DNA of 51,121 nt from a virus (IMGVR_UViG_3300033076_000672:1-51121); one strand, 5' to 3'; positions 37,962 to 46,750 are shown, counted from the stretch's first letter. Translations and numbers: made by a program. Notes: generated from the sequence alone by a model not told the origin.

Positions 37962-38345
37962 TCAGGAATTGCGACGGATGTTGACGACGCGCTCTTCGCG
38001 CCATGACACCCCAGGTGGCAGATCATCGTTGACGGCTTTGTACTGCTCGACGGCAGTTTTGGAGCAGCGGACTTCCATCAGCTGCCAGTCGTCGTTGGCT
38101 TTGATATGCGCGAGGAAAATATCCTTGTCGGCCACAGACGCCGAAGCGCGAGTGGTAGTGTACGCCGTGCCGGCCTCGGTCTTGACCGAGTCCATGCCAG
38201 CGACGTCGAACGTTTTGAGAAGGTGGGCCTCGATCTTGTCGAGGTTTTCGTCGATCTTGGCGACCTTGGCGTCGTACTCGGCTTTGATTTGCGACTTCTT
38301 ATCGCGCAGCTCGATGTACTTACCGACTAGCTCGGAAAGCTTCAT
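37962..38345 (-). CDS. Hypothetical replication-module protein
   Basis: Coiled-coil N-terminus, SVKTEAGT and LPPGV; GGAG SD. Confidence 0.75.
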   Translation of the reverse strand: MKLSELVGKYIELRDKKSQIKAEYDAKVAKIDENLDKIEAHLLKTFDVAGMDSVKTEAGTAYTTTRASASVADKDIFLAHIKANDDWQLMEVRCSKTAVEQYKAVNDDLPPGVSWREERVVNIRRNS

Positions 38346-38406
38346 TGTTTTTTCTCCGGAAGGGGACGTAGGTTAGCAGGGATTTGGGGTGGAAGGGAAG
38401 GGGTTA

Positions 38407-39972
38407 TTACTGATTTTGGTCAACTCCTTTCATGATCTCGAGCAGCGAGCCTTGGAGCTTTTGCTTCTTTTGTAGGCGGCTGTAAATACGGCGTTCCACA
38501 TCGCTGGCCGCAATGTGTACGATTACAGTAGTTCGGGTCTGGCCGGGGCGACGCACACGGGCACAAGCCTGCTCGTAAATTTCATTGCTGTGTATGGGTG
38601 CGTACCACACGATCGTCGTAGCAGCGGTCAGTGTCAGTCCATGACTCATCGTGGCGGGGTTGGCCACAAGGATGTGGGGGTCCTTGGAGTTCTGGAAGTT
38701 TCTGAACAGCTCATCACGCTCTGCCTTGGGAGTGCCCCCGTGGATAGCCCCGACAGTCCAGTCAGCTGACAGCTGGCTTACAACATCCTCAAGTACACCA
38801 GTAAGTGGTACGAACACGAGCACTTTACCTTCGGACTCTTCGATGACTTCCTTGAGCACGTCAATCCGCGGCTGGTTCGGGACGCTCACGTACTCGCCCC
38901 CTGCACCATACACGACGCCGCAGGCAATCTGCACCAGCTTGTTGGCCTTCACAGCCTCATTGACAGCCAGCACTTGTCCACCGGCGTACTCCATCGTGAG
39001 CTTGTCTAGCATGTCCTTATAGGCTTTCTTCTGCTCAGTGGTCATCTCCACATCGCGAGTCGTGAAAGTCTGCTCAGGCAAGTCCACACAGTCATCCAGC
39101 GAGAACCGAATGGCTGGCTGCATGATCTTTTGTACAGTGGCCAGGGCGTCAGGTCGCGGTGCCCACTTGAACTGGGTGATCTGTTTCATTACCAAATCGC
39201 GGAACTTGCCGAAGTACCTGGGTACATCCGGGTTATGCGGGACCACCACACGGCACTGCGCCCATGCGTCAGTAGGTTCATGCGGAATCGGCGTACCAGT
39301 CATCGCCCATACACGGCGCGGTGTCTGCTTGTTGCAGATCTTGTCCAAAGACTTCCAGCGATCAGTGCTGCTGTTGCGGAACATGGCCACCTCATCCACG
39401 ATCAGCAGGTCGATATCGGGTCTATCTTTCAGCGCATCCGCGATGATCTTGATGCCATCCGTGTTGATGATGTACAGGTCAGAGTCCTGCTCAAGCAGCT
39501 TCAGGCGACGTTCACGAGAACCATAGAGCACCGTAGCGTCCAGATGCGGAAACGTACGGAAAATCTCATCGGCCCATGTGCGCTCCATCGTGGACAGCGG
39601 ACAGACAATCAGACACTTGTTGACCAGCTTGAGGTCTCGCATGTAGTCATACGCCCACAGCGACGTCACAGTCTTGCCCAGCCCCATGCTGTTCAGACAG
39701 AACGCCCGATCGTGCATGGACAGGAAGCTCGCAGTCTCCACCTGAGCCTCGAACGGTTTGAACCGGCCCGGCCACTTGTAGTAGTACGCCATCGGGTCTG
39801 GAGCATTGATCCCCAGATTGCGCAGCACCTTAACTTCATCAGGGCGATGCGGCACAGCGACCAGCGTCTGCCCCTCGTGGGCTACCAGCTTGGCAGTTGG
39901 TACAACAGTTGTTACCTTGGAAGGGTTGCGCAGCTTAAGGATAAGAGCGCGTTTGTCTTTGCGGACTAGCAT
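38407..39972 (-). CDS. SNF2-family helicase
   Basis: MGLGKT, VDEV, TGTP, HGLTLT and ARVRRPGQ motifs. Confidence 0.92.
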   Translation of the reverse strand: MLVRKDKRALILKLRNPSKVTTVVPTAKLVAHEGQTLVAVPHRPDEVKVLRNLGINAPDPMAYYYKWPGRFKPFEAQVETASFLSMHDRAFCLNSMGLGKTVTSLWAYDYMRDLKLVNKCLIVCPLSTMERTWADEIFRTFPHLDATVLYGSRERRLKLLEQDSDLYIINTDGIKIIADALKDRPDIDLLIVDEVAMFRNSSTDRWKSLDKICNKQTPRRVWAMTGTPIPHEPTDAWAQCRVVVPHNPDVPRYFGKFRDLVMKQITQFKWAPRPDALATVQKIMQPAIRFSLDDCVDLPEQTFTTRDVEMTTEQKKAYKDMLDKLTMEYAGGQVLAVNEAVKANKLVQIACGVVYGAGGEYVSVPNQPRIDVLKEVIEESEGKVLVFVPLTGVLEDVVSQLSADWTVGAIHGGTPKAERDELFRNFQNSKDPHILVANPATMSHGLTLTAATTIVWYAPIHSNEIYEQACARVRRPGQTRTTVIVHIAASDVERRIYSRLQKKQKLQGSLLEIMKGVDQNQ

Positions 39973-40236
39973 TTATTTTCCGTATGCTTTGCCGTTGGTC
40001 TTACGCCAGCCGCGATTCTCGGTTTGCGACTTGACTTGCAGGTTGCTACGTGCGTTGGTGCCACCGCCGTCCAGCATCTTCTTGTGGTCAACGTCTTTAC
40101 CGTCGCCCTTCTTGACCACGCCTTCGCGCATCAGCTTGGCTCGTGCTGCGTTGCGCTCTTCGCGCTTGTTAACTTGGTCAGGGCGGGCGTTGTATGCTTT
40201 GTCATACGCGGCCTTCTTGGGTCCACCTTTGTTCAT
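39973..40236 (-). CDS. Small HNH-motif protein
   Basis: DVDHKK...GGTN..SNL...NR. Confidence 0.75.
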   Translation of the reverse strand: MNKGGPKKAAYDKAYNARPDQVNKREERNAARAKLMREGVVKKGDGKDVDHKKMLDGGGTNARSNLQVKSQTENRGWRKTNGKAYGK

Positions 40237-40535
40237 ACCGAACCTCCGTTGTGATTAAGGAACTCGATCAGTTGTGTCGCATCGTCGACCACGAGGGACC
40301 ATCCCCCATGCTCTTGAATCTCTTGCAGCTTCCTGTCTTGGTTAGCTGTGGTGTCGTTGCGCTTACCGGGGGCCTTGGTCTCGATGGCCAAGAACTGCCC
40401 CTTCCAGCAGCAGATGAAGTCGGGGATACCGACCACCCCGAATCCGTTTTGCATCGGCATGAAGAACCAGATGCCCCGAGCTTGCAGAACTCTCTTAACT
40501 GCAGCTTTGACTTTGCCTTCTGGAGTTGTCGCCAT
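40233..40535 (-). CDS. VRR-NUC nuclease (Holliday junction resolvase-like)
   Basis: PEGKVK, GIPDF, IETK and TANQ motifs. Confidence 0.9.
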   Translation of the reverse strand: MATTPEGKVKAAVKRVLQARGIWFFMPMQNGFGVVGIPDFICCWKGQFLAIETKAPGKRNDTTANQDRKLQEIQEHGGWSLVVDDATQLIEFLNHNGGSV

Positions 40536-40538
40536 TAG

Positions 40539-40844
40539 TCACCCCCAAGCGATGAATGTGTACCCTTTGTGCTGGTAGATCACAAGGTCCTCGTCGAGCG
40601 GGCCACAGGATTCGCATGCCATAGATATCCGAATGCCGTGCCGCCGGGCACTGGGGTTATTGGTGGTCACAGTTGGGACTAGCTCGACCTCTGTATGCCC
40701 TGTGTCCACTGTGGTGACAAGCGTTTTAAGCTCGTCCTCGGAGCGATCGAATACTTCAACACACCCGTGGTGCAGGTATTGCCCGCCACAATCAGGGCAG
40801 GTGAGCCCATCTTCGTAGTCGGTGGGGTTAAATGGCACTTTCAT
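40539..40844 (-). CDS. Zinc-binding hypothetical protein
   Basis: CPDC...YLHH...CESC...QHKG. Confidence 0.7.
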   Translation of the reverse strand: MKVPFNPTDYEDGLTCPDCGGQYLHHGCVEVFDRSEDELKTLVTTVDTGHTEVELVPTVTTNNPSARRHGIRISMACESCGPLDEDLVIYQHKGYTFIAWG

Positions 40845-41497
40845 CTCTTCTCCTTGTAGAACTCACATTGTTTCACTGGGCACCAGCCTTTACACAGCCC
40901 GGACGGGCGGCATGGCCAAGCGTTTCGCTCGTAAGCCGATTCCAGCTTGCGCACCTTTGGCAGAAACGCCCCCCAGATTTTGGGCACGTCGTCTCGAGTG
41001 AACTTCTCTTTGTCGATCTTGCGATCTTTCATCCACACGAACCCGGTCTCTACATACTTGACCTGTGGGTACAGAGCAAATGTGTAGCCTGCGTACAACA
41101 TGAGCTGGTGGGTCAGCTTACGCTTGCCCGTCTTGTAGTCAAGGTTCAATGCAGTGTTGCCGTTGATGATCAACACGTCGGCGATACCACGAGACCATGA
41201 GGCGTTCCATGGTGCAGGCTGAAAGCTGCTGTCCACAGCCATCTCGACTTCGCAGTGTTTCTCGCCGGGGATTGCAGCCAGCTTGGCTGCCAAGCCTTCC
41301 CATTGAGTCATTCCTTCGGGCAGCGGGGTGCCTTCTTTGATCCTGTACTCCATCGCTGAGTGGACTTTTCCGCCCCAGATGGTCGCTTCAGTGGGCGGCT
41401 CTTTAATGTCTTTCAGTACCCGTACGTGGTAGTACTGACGAGGGCACGTCTCGAACTTGTCGAGACTGCTGTAGGTCCATGCGGTTGGAAGGGTCAT
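40841..41497 (-). CDS. PD-(D/E)XK Cas4/RecB-like exonuclease
   Basis: YSSLDKFETCPR, GIADV, DYKTGK and a C-terminal Cys cluster. Confidence 0.9.
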   Translation of the reverse strand: MTLPTAWTYSSLDKFETCPRQYYHVRVLKDIKEPPTEATIWGGKVHSAMEYRIKEGTPLPEGMTQWEGLAAKLAAIPGEKHCEVEMAVDSSFQPAPWNASWSRGIADVLIINGNTALNLDYKTGKRKLTHQLMLYAGYTFALYPQVKYVETGFVWMKDRKIDKEKFTRDDVPKIWGAFLPKVRKLESAYERNAWPCRPSGLCKGWCPVKQCEFYKEKR

Positions 41498-41540
41498 AGC
41501 GGTTCGCCCCGAGGGGCAAAAACCTCGGGGTCATGTGTGG

Positions 41541-41568
41541 ATGGTAAGGCTTCGCCCATGGAAGTCAA
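41541..41568 (-). promoter_or_regulatory. Promoter TTGACT-16-TACCAT
   Basis: Motif in the intergenic gap between the polymerase and exonuclease genes. Confidence 0.6.
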
Positions 41569-41575
41569 GAGCGTA

Positions 41576-44311
41576 TTACTTCGCGTCGCCATAGGACTTA
41601 CCCGCATCGCCCTCACAGGCTACTGGCAGGTTTGCACACCATGCGGGTGGGGTGGACATGATCTGGATCATCAGATCAAGACACTGCTTGGCGTAGCTCT
41701 CGGGAACCACGGCCACCACCTCATCATGAACCGTAAGGACCACTTTGTGGCGGGCTGTGTGCGTGTCCATCTTGCGCAGGATCTGGTCAATCTTGGCCAT
41801 CTGGTCGAACACAACGATACGGGCCAGGGCCTGAACTACGTTCTCAACTACCTTACCGCCGTAGATCTTAACGGGGCCGTAGCGTCCATCGTACAGGTAC
41901 TGGTTCTCAGCCCGGTCGAACCGCAGGTTCGGATACCGAATCATCGTGTGGTTGGGCAGGTGGATGCCCTCGGGGGTACAGCGCAGCTGAATGCCGATAC
42001 CCAGTTCGGTCTCCATGCCGCGGGCCATTTTGTCCAGTGCAGCACTGGCCAGCTTCCACAGCTCAGCGATCTTGGCGTATTTGTTGCGATAAATGTTGAC
42101 CGTGTTCTTGGCTTGCTCGTCATCAAACTCCACGCTGATACCGCCAGCGCCAATCTTCAGCGTGCTCTTGAACTTCTCCCAGCCCATGCCGTACCCGAGT
42201 CCGAGAATACAGTTGTGGACAATCAGTGGTCCGTCTTCAGTCAGTACCGTGAATCTGTGCCTCGGCCCTGCGCAAGCGAGATCGTAAACTTGCAAGTTCC
42301 GCTTCGAGGTCAGCGATGCGTCGTTTGTTTCGGAGGTTATCGCTGCGAGAGACGAATCGGATGTTGCCGGGTTCGTAGTTGCCGTTAACGTCAATCCGGT
42401 CCATCTCAAACTCCGGGCGATCCCAGCCATCCAGCGTTTGTACGTAGCGGAGAAAGCTCGCTCGGTCGTCCCGCCATTGCTGGGCAACTGATATGCCGCG
42501 CTTCCCATAATGGGGATAGGCACTGTTTGTTGCTGTGTGACAACGCGTAATGGCAGACGCCAGTCGGTTGAGGAGCCGTGTTCGGTGTGCGTCATCGGCC
42601 ATTGCGGCTGAATAAGCCCAGTACCGTTTTGCTGCACTAGCAGTTTTGGCGCATACGGGGCATCTGGTGCTCTTGAAGGCTTTGAAGTTTTGTCGGTCCA
42701 CGGTGTACTCGACGCCGTTGCATCCACATCGGACCACGAGTGCTGATACCCCTGACCTGATGCCCCGTACGTAGCCTGTGACGGTAAGTTTTCCGCTGCG
42801 GTGGCCAATGCTTGGTAACGGATGCTTGGCTCTTGCGCCACTGATTGCGCTTCCAGCCATTGCGTCCCTGACCACACTTGGTGATCCGGAGTCAACCAGA
42901 GCCCGGAAAGACTCAATGTTGGCTTGATGCCGTTGTTCACTAATCCTTTGTGGCATACCCACTCCTCCCCGTCCCACAGCTGGTCTTGCGTGGTCACCTG
43001 CTCAATCGGCTTCCACCCTGAATCGCATAGTACCAGAGTTCCCTCGGCAAGACAAGTCTTCCCAACAAAGCCTTCGACCTTGTCTGGGTTGAACTCCTTG
43101 CCTGTGGCCGGGTCGACCTCTTTGCGTTTGCGGTCCACGGGCCTGCCGTAAACCATGCTGGCAAACTTAGAGTAGATGTCCACGTTCTTGCGGAAGTCTT
43201 CAACCAGATCGGTCTGGCCAGCGAACCATGCCACCACACGGGCTTCAATCTGCGAGGAGTCCACGGCGAGCATGGAGTAACCCTCGGGCGCAATGATTGA
43301 GCGGCGCAGCGCCCCGCCGCGAGGCAGGTTCTGCAGGTTCATCTTATCCCCACCGCTGGCACGACCTGTGTGAGCACCCCAATAGTTAAGCAGGATCGGC
43401 AGAGTGCCCCGCTGAGCAATCCCAATGAATGACTCAGTACGGGTTTCTTCGAGCGTAGACTTAATGCCGAGACGCGCAGCAACGACGGCCTGCACCGCTG
43501 CTTTAGGGTGCTCGAGCAGAGCTTTGAACTCGTGGTCGGTTTTGCCAAAGGCATAGGTTTCTTTCTGTGTACGAAGGCTGACCTTCATGGGAGGCTCAAC
43601 ACCTAGCTTGCGCAGCACCTCAGCAAACTTAGGGTTAGACATGAGCGCGTCACGGCCAATGGAGTTGTCGATCTTGTCCATCAGCTTTTGCTTGTTGAGC
43701 TGCACTGTGGCCAGGTGATTGACAAGAACTGCTTCGTCCAACTGTAGCACCGGGTCCGTGAACATGCGCAGCATCAGATCTTGGATGTACAGCTCACGCG
43801 GCGGGTTCCATTGTCGCAGGATGTGGTACAGGTTCCACGTCAACTGCACGTCGTTCTTGCAGTATTCACCGTACTTGGACAGCTCTGCTGGGGTGAAGTC
43901 TTCACGGCGTTTACCCATGGCAGCGATGACTTCCTTGCCCTTCTCACCAAGCGCGAATTTCTGGGCCAGCTTCTCCAGCGAGCCGCCCACTGTGTGTCCC
44001 GTGATAGGTCGCGCCATACTCAGCGTATCCAGATAGTACTTAGGCAGGATGCCGTAGCGGAAAGCCAAGATGGCCCCGTCAAAAGCGGCGTTGTGTGCGA
44101 TCAGGTAGCTATTCTCAATGTCCAGCTCACGTAGGGCCAGTTCGATGTCGGCGTCAGTGCCGCTCACCCACACAGGCTCGCCGTCGTTAATCTTGTAGCC
44201 GAAGCCGATGACCTGGAACTGCTTGTCGCGGATGTAGTTTTCGGTAGTGATCTTCGAGAGTGAGAAGTCCTTACTGTAGAACGTCTCAAAATCCAAGCAG
44301 ATGTATTTCAT
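41576..44311 (-). CDS. polA: Family A DNA polymerase with intein (630 aa after splicing)
   Basis: Exonuclease motifs DFETF and HNAAFD; TGR, NLQNLP; motif A DSSQIEAR; motif B KT/CILGLGYG split by the intein; motif C TVHDE. Confidence 0.95.
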   Translation of the reverse strand: MKYICLDFETFYSKDFSLSKITTENYIRDKQFQVIGFGYKINDGEPVWVSGTDADIELALRELDIENSYLIAHNAAFDGAILAFRYGILPKYYLDTLSMARPITGHTVGGSLEKLAQKFALGEKGKEVIAAMGKRREDFTPAELSKYGEYCKNDVQLTWNLYHILRQWNPPRELYIQDLMLRMFTDPVLQLDEAVLVNHLATVQLNKQKLMDKIDNSIGRDALMSNPKFAEVLRKLGVEPPMKVSLRTQKETYAFGKTDHEFKALLEHPKAAVQAVVAARLGIKSTLEETRTESFIGIAQRGTLPILLNYWGAHTGRASGGDKMNLQNLPRGGALRRSIIAPEGYSMLAVDSSQIEARVVAWFAGQTDLVEDFRKNVDIYSKFASMVYGRPVDRKRKEVDPATGKEFNPDKVEGFVGKTCLAEGTLVLCDSGWKPIEQVTTQDQLWDGEEWVCHKGLVNNGIKPTLSLSGLWLTPDHQVWSGTQWLEAQSVAQEPSIRYQALATAAENLPSQATYGASGQGYQHSWSDVDATASSTPWTDKTSKPSRAPDAPYAPKLLVQQNGTGLIQPQWPMTHTEHGSSTDWRLPLRVVTQQQTVPIPIMGSAAYQLPSNGGTTERAFSATYKRWMAGIARSLRWTGLTLTATTNPATSDSSLAAITSETNDASLTSKRNLQVYDLACAGPRHRFTVLTEDGPLIVHNCILGLGYGMGWEKFKSTLKIGAGGISVEFDDEQAKNTVNIYRNKYAKIAELWKLASAALDKMARGMETELGIGIQLRCTPEGIHLPNHTMIRYPNLRFDRAENQYLYDGRYGPVKIYGGKVVENVVQALARIVVFDQMAKIDQILRKMDTHTARHKVVLTVHDEVVAVVPESYAKQCLDLMIQIMSTPPAWCANLPVACEGDAGKSYGDAK
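42212..43054 (-). mobile_element. Intein (281 aa) in polymerase motif B
   Basis: Block A CLAEGTLV, block B LTPDHQV, block F VYDL, block G LIVHN followed by extein Cys. Removal restores GKTCILGLGYGMG. Confidence 0.93.
42237..42956 (-). CDS. HNH homing endonuclease overprinted out of frame within the intein (239 aa)
   Basis: GGAGGAG SD before ATG 42956; GKLTV, CGC...CPVC, RC...YGKRGISV...W...F and MDRIDVNGNYEPGNIRFVSRSDNLRNKR motifs. Confidence 0.88.
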   Translation of the reverse strand: MPQRISEQRHQANIESFRALVDSGSPSVVRDAMAGSAISGARAKHPLPSIGHRSGKLTVTGYVRGIRSGVSALVVRCGCNGVEYTVDRQNFKAFKSTRCPVCAKTASAAKRYWAYSAAMADDAHRTRLLNRLASAITRCHTATNSAYPHYGKRGISVAQQWRDDRASFLRYVQTLDGWDRPEFEMDRIDVNGNYEPGNIRFVSRSDNLRNKRRIADLEAELASLRSRLRRAEAQIHGTD

Positions 44312-44640
44312 TTAGTGATCTTTCGGAAGTGGTCGCGCATCTGGCGCACGGTTTGGTAGAAGCTGCTTCTACTGATCTTGTACTTATCGGCGAAGTATCC
44401 CCAGCCCAAGTGGCTGTTCTTGAGCATGTCCAAGTTTCGCAACCAGAGCTTACGCCAAGATGACATGGACTGCGAGTATGCTTTTGCCCGCTGTCTTGCG
44501 GAGCCGTAGACTTCACGGTAGATCTCCACAGTGGTGAACCTGTGGCCGTTAAAGCACTCGCGGCGGCGCGAGGCTGTCCCGAACTCGAAAGCCCGGGTTT
44601 CTTTCACAATGCTGTCAGCGTTGCAGCGCGGGCATTTCAT
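44308..44640 (-). CDS. NrdR-like Zn-ribbon protein with C-terminal HTH
   Basis: MKCPRC...ETR...RRRECFNGHRFTTVE; FADKYKISRSSFYQ. Confidence 0.7.
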   Translation of the reverse strand: MKCPRCNADSIVKETRAFEFGTASRRRECFNGHRFTTVEIYREVYGSARQRAKAYSQSMSSWRKLWLRNLDMLKNSHLGWGYFADKYKISRSSFYQTVRQMRDHFRKITK

Positions 44641-44846
44641 AGCAAGGCGTCTTCTGCGGCGTCAAGATGACTTTGCTTTTGGTTTTGCCCGATTGCGGCC
44701 AGCAGCCTTGGGTCCATCCTTGTGAACGGCCACCAAGTTTTCAGGTCGGGTAGCGATCTGGTGCTCCCGGTACCGGAGGTACTTGTCTGTGTTGGCCCCG
44801 AGCCCTTGGATGGTGCCCGGCATTTTGCCTTGCGCTCGTTGCTCAT
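44637..44846 (-). CDS. Small hypothetical protein overlapping the upstream gene
   Basis: GGAG SD and ATG 44846; stop is coupled to ATG 44640; WWPFTRMDPRLL...AEDALL. Confidence 0.5.
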   Translation of the reverse strand: MSNERKAKCRAPSKGSGPTQTSTSGTGSTRSLPDLKTWWPFTRMDPRLLAAIGQNQKQSHLDAAEDALL

Positions 44847-44967
44847 CGACTTTCTCCGTGGCCATCTGGCTCGTTGTCTTGCCATTTGATTTGTATCTGA
44901 ATGCGGGGTCTTGAGCGAAGATGCTGGGCTCGGTACGCTTGTACCACTCGAACGGGTTATTGCTCAT
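44662..44967 (-). CDS. Hypothetical protein
   Basis: ATGA-coupled to the upstream gene; NPFEW...PSIF. Confidence 0.6.
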   Translation of the reverse strand: MSNNPFEWYKRTEPSIFAQDPAFRYKSNGKTTSQMATEKVDEQRAQGKMPGTIQGLGANTDKYLRYREHQIATRPENLVAVHKDGPKAAGRNRAKPKAKSS

Positions 44968-45275
44968 GATGCAGAACTTTCAGCCATCATTTCCCCTCGC
45001 CCATCAGCCTTATCGAACGCACGTTGTACAGTGTTGTGAGCTTTGTACGCGGTGAGGGTATCGGGCGAGAACTTTTGCACCCACGAGATGAACTCGTAGC
45101 ACTGGTCCACTTTCATCTGCACATCGCGGATGCCGCGCTCGATCTCGACCATGTTGCTGGATGTGGCGCTATGAAACTCTTGCAGTCGTCGCACGTTGAG
45201 TGTGTCCCCACCGTCATAGGCTTGCTCGACAGGGCTGGTGGTCATGGTAAGGGCTCGCATCATCTCAACCTCCAA
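44964..45275 (-). CDS. Hypothetical protein
   Basis: ORF in the coupled operon; exact start uncertain. Confidence 0.65.
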   Translation of the reverse strand: MEVEMMRALTMTTSPVEQAYDGGDTLNVRRLQEFHSATSSNMVEIERGIRDVQMKVDQCYEFISWVQKFSPDTLTAYKAHNTVQRAFDKADGRGEMMAESSAS

Positions 45276-45837
45276 ACAGTTTCTTGAGTTCTTCGTACAC
45301 GGCCTTGGCTTGGTGGACGTTGAGCTGGCTAATGAACGTGTTGACAGAATAGTTGAACTCGTTGGTCACCCCAGTAAGGATCTGATGTTTGACCTCGGCC
45401 AAGGGGCGAGGAGGGGCCGACTCGACGGTTTTGCGCTTGACTAATACCCGCTTGGGTTTGTGCTTCATGCTCCGACGCGCTTCCCAACCCTTGGCCAGAT
45501 TCTTAGCCCGCATCTCGTTGGTGTACACGGGGAAACTGTCCACTGCGGTGACGTAGCAGAAAAAACCGTTGTGCTTGGTGCGGGAGACAAGCCCTCGCTC
45601 CAACAGCTGTGACGCGTAACTGGACGCATCTGCACGGACATACCCAAGGCTGTCTGCAATATCGGCCACCGTACACGATGGGTTCTCGCTGATGAACTGC
45701 CAGATGATGTGCGCTTTGGACATCTTAGTTTGGATAGGCGCTACTTCTACCACAGGGGCTTGCGCCCCAGGTTCGTCGTCAAATGTAAGGTTGCTGAGTG
45801 TCTGCACTTTAGTAAGCTCCTGTTGAAGGGTTCCCAT
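45265..45837 (-). CDS. Winged-helix DNA-binding protein
   Basis: IWQFISENPSCTVADIADSLG...SQLLERGLV. Confidence 0.7.
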   Translation of the reverse strand: MGTLQQELTKVQTLSNLTFDDEPGAQAPVVEVAPIQTKMSKAHIIWQFISENPSCTVADIADSLGYVRADASSYASQLLERGLVSRTKHNGFFCYVTAVDSFPVYTNEMRAKNLAKGWEARRSMKHKPKRVLVKRKTVESAPPRPLAEVKHQILTGVTNEFNYSVNTFISQLNVHQAKAVYEELKKLFGG

Positions 45838-45838
45838 T

Positions 45839-46219
45839 TCATTTCTCCAGTTTGCGAGTAACCATCTCGCTGGTAATTAAGTCCCTGAGTTCTTCGATTG
45901 TGTTGGCCACGAGGATTCGTGACGCGGTTCCCATCATCTCCGGCATGATCGACAGGATGAACCCGTTGTCCGCGCTGGTGACAGTGATATGAACCTGCCT
46001 GTTGTGGTCAAACATGGTCTCTGATCGTCCAGCCGCCATCATTTGCCCGGAGGTAACTGCGCCACCAAATATGCTGCTCTGCTGCCCGACGCTTTGATAC
46101 GCTTGCCCTAGGACGGAGCCCTGCGCTGCGTTCATCGCTGGATGAGTGGCCATGTGCATCTTGCCCAGCTTGTCCCGCATCATCTGGCTGATCTTCCTTT
46201 GGAGCTCGTCATTTCCCAC
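45839..46219 (-). CDS. Hypothetical protein
   Basis: Start refined to GTG 46219 after GGAG. Confidence 0.6.
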   Translation of the reverse strand: MGNDELQRKISQMMRDKLGKMHMATHPAMNAAQGSVLGQAYQSVGQQSSIFGGAVTSGQMMAAGRSETMFDHNRQVHITVTSADNGFILSIMPEMMGTASRILVANTIEELRDLITSEMVTRKLEK

Positions 46220-46499
46220 AGCTGTCTCCTTGAAGCCGCTGGGCTTCTTCAAGAAGTTCAACAAGCCGCTCCATGTAGTGCTTGGCTTTATAGACATCTT
46301 TGAGTCCGTCCTTGTCTCTGTAACGGGCAATGTACTTGATGACGTTACCGCGCAAGAAGCCTTCAAATTCCGCTCGACTCATCCATGCTTCCATGGCTGT
46401 CCACGGTTGGACTTTCTTAGCGCGATAGTGATCGCCACCAACTTGATACTGGCTTGCGAGCGGGGGCTGGGGTTGGTGCTGGCTGTTGTCTTGGGTCAT
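46209..46499 (-). CDS. DUF3310-family protein (T7 gp1.7-like nucleotide kinase domain)
   Basis: QVGGDHY...FLRGNVIKYIARY..KDG..D..KA.HY. Confidence 0.85.
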   Translation of the reverse strand: MTQDNSQHQPQPPLASQYQVGGDHYRAKKVQPWTAMEAWMSRAEFEGFLRGNVIKYIARYRDKDGLKDVYKAKHYMERLVELLEEAQRLQGDSCGK

Positions 46500-46686
46500 G
46501 TGGTTTCTCGTGTGGGTTAAGCCCCATGTGGAGCATCATTTGGCAAATGCGGGATTCAATCCGAGTGAGCCGGCGGTCAAGATCGTACAAGGTAGGAGCG
46601 TGGTTGGGGGGTCTCGGCGAGTACCCATTTGTCCCCGAGTAGTTTGATGCACTTGAGCCATTGTTGTTGGTAGTTACGTTGGACAT
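46417..46686 (-). CDS. Hypothetical protein overlapping both neighbours
   Basis: Helical core LDRRLTRIESRICQMMLHMGLNP. Confidence 0.5.
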   Translation of the reverse strand: MSNVTTNNNGSSASNYSGTNGYSPRPPNHAPTLYDLDRRLTRIESRICQMMLHMGLNPHEKPHDPRQQPAPTPAPARKPVSSWWRSLSR

Positions 46687-46750
46687 GTTTGTCTACTTGA
46701 AAGTTTTTGAAGTTGGTGACGGCTCGGCGTTTAAGTTGGTACTCAGTCAT
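46577..46750 (-). CDS. Small hypothetical protein (57 aa)
   Basis: Not in the ORF track. ATGA-coupled MTEYQLKRRAV...HVQRNYQQQWLKCIKLLGDKWVLA. Confidence 0.6.
   Translation of the reverse strand: MTEYQLKRRAVTNFKNFQVDKHVQRNYQQQWLKCIKLLGDKWVLAETPQPRSYLVRS

Noticed and set aside
41400-41534. Leaderless uORF and hairpin CCCCGAGG/CCTCGGGG before the exonuclease gene
   Set aside because: The hairpin (41507-41530) is real, but the peptide has no features; not enough support to call a gene or regulator.
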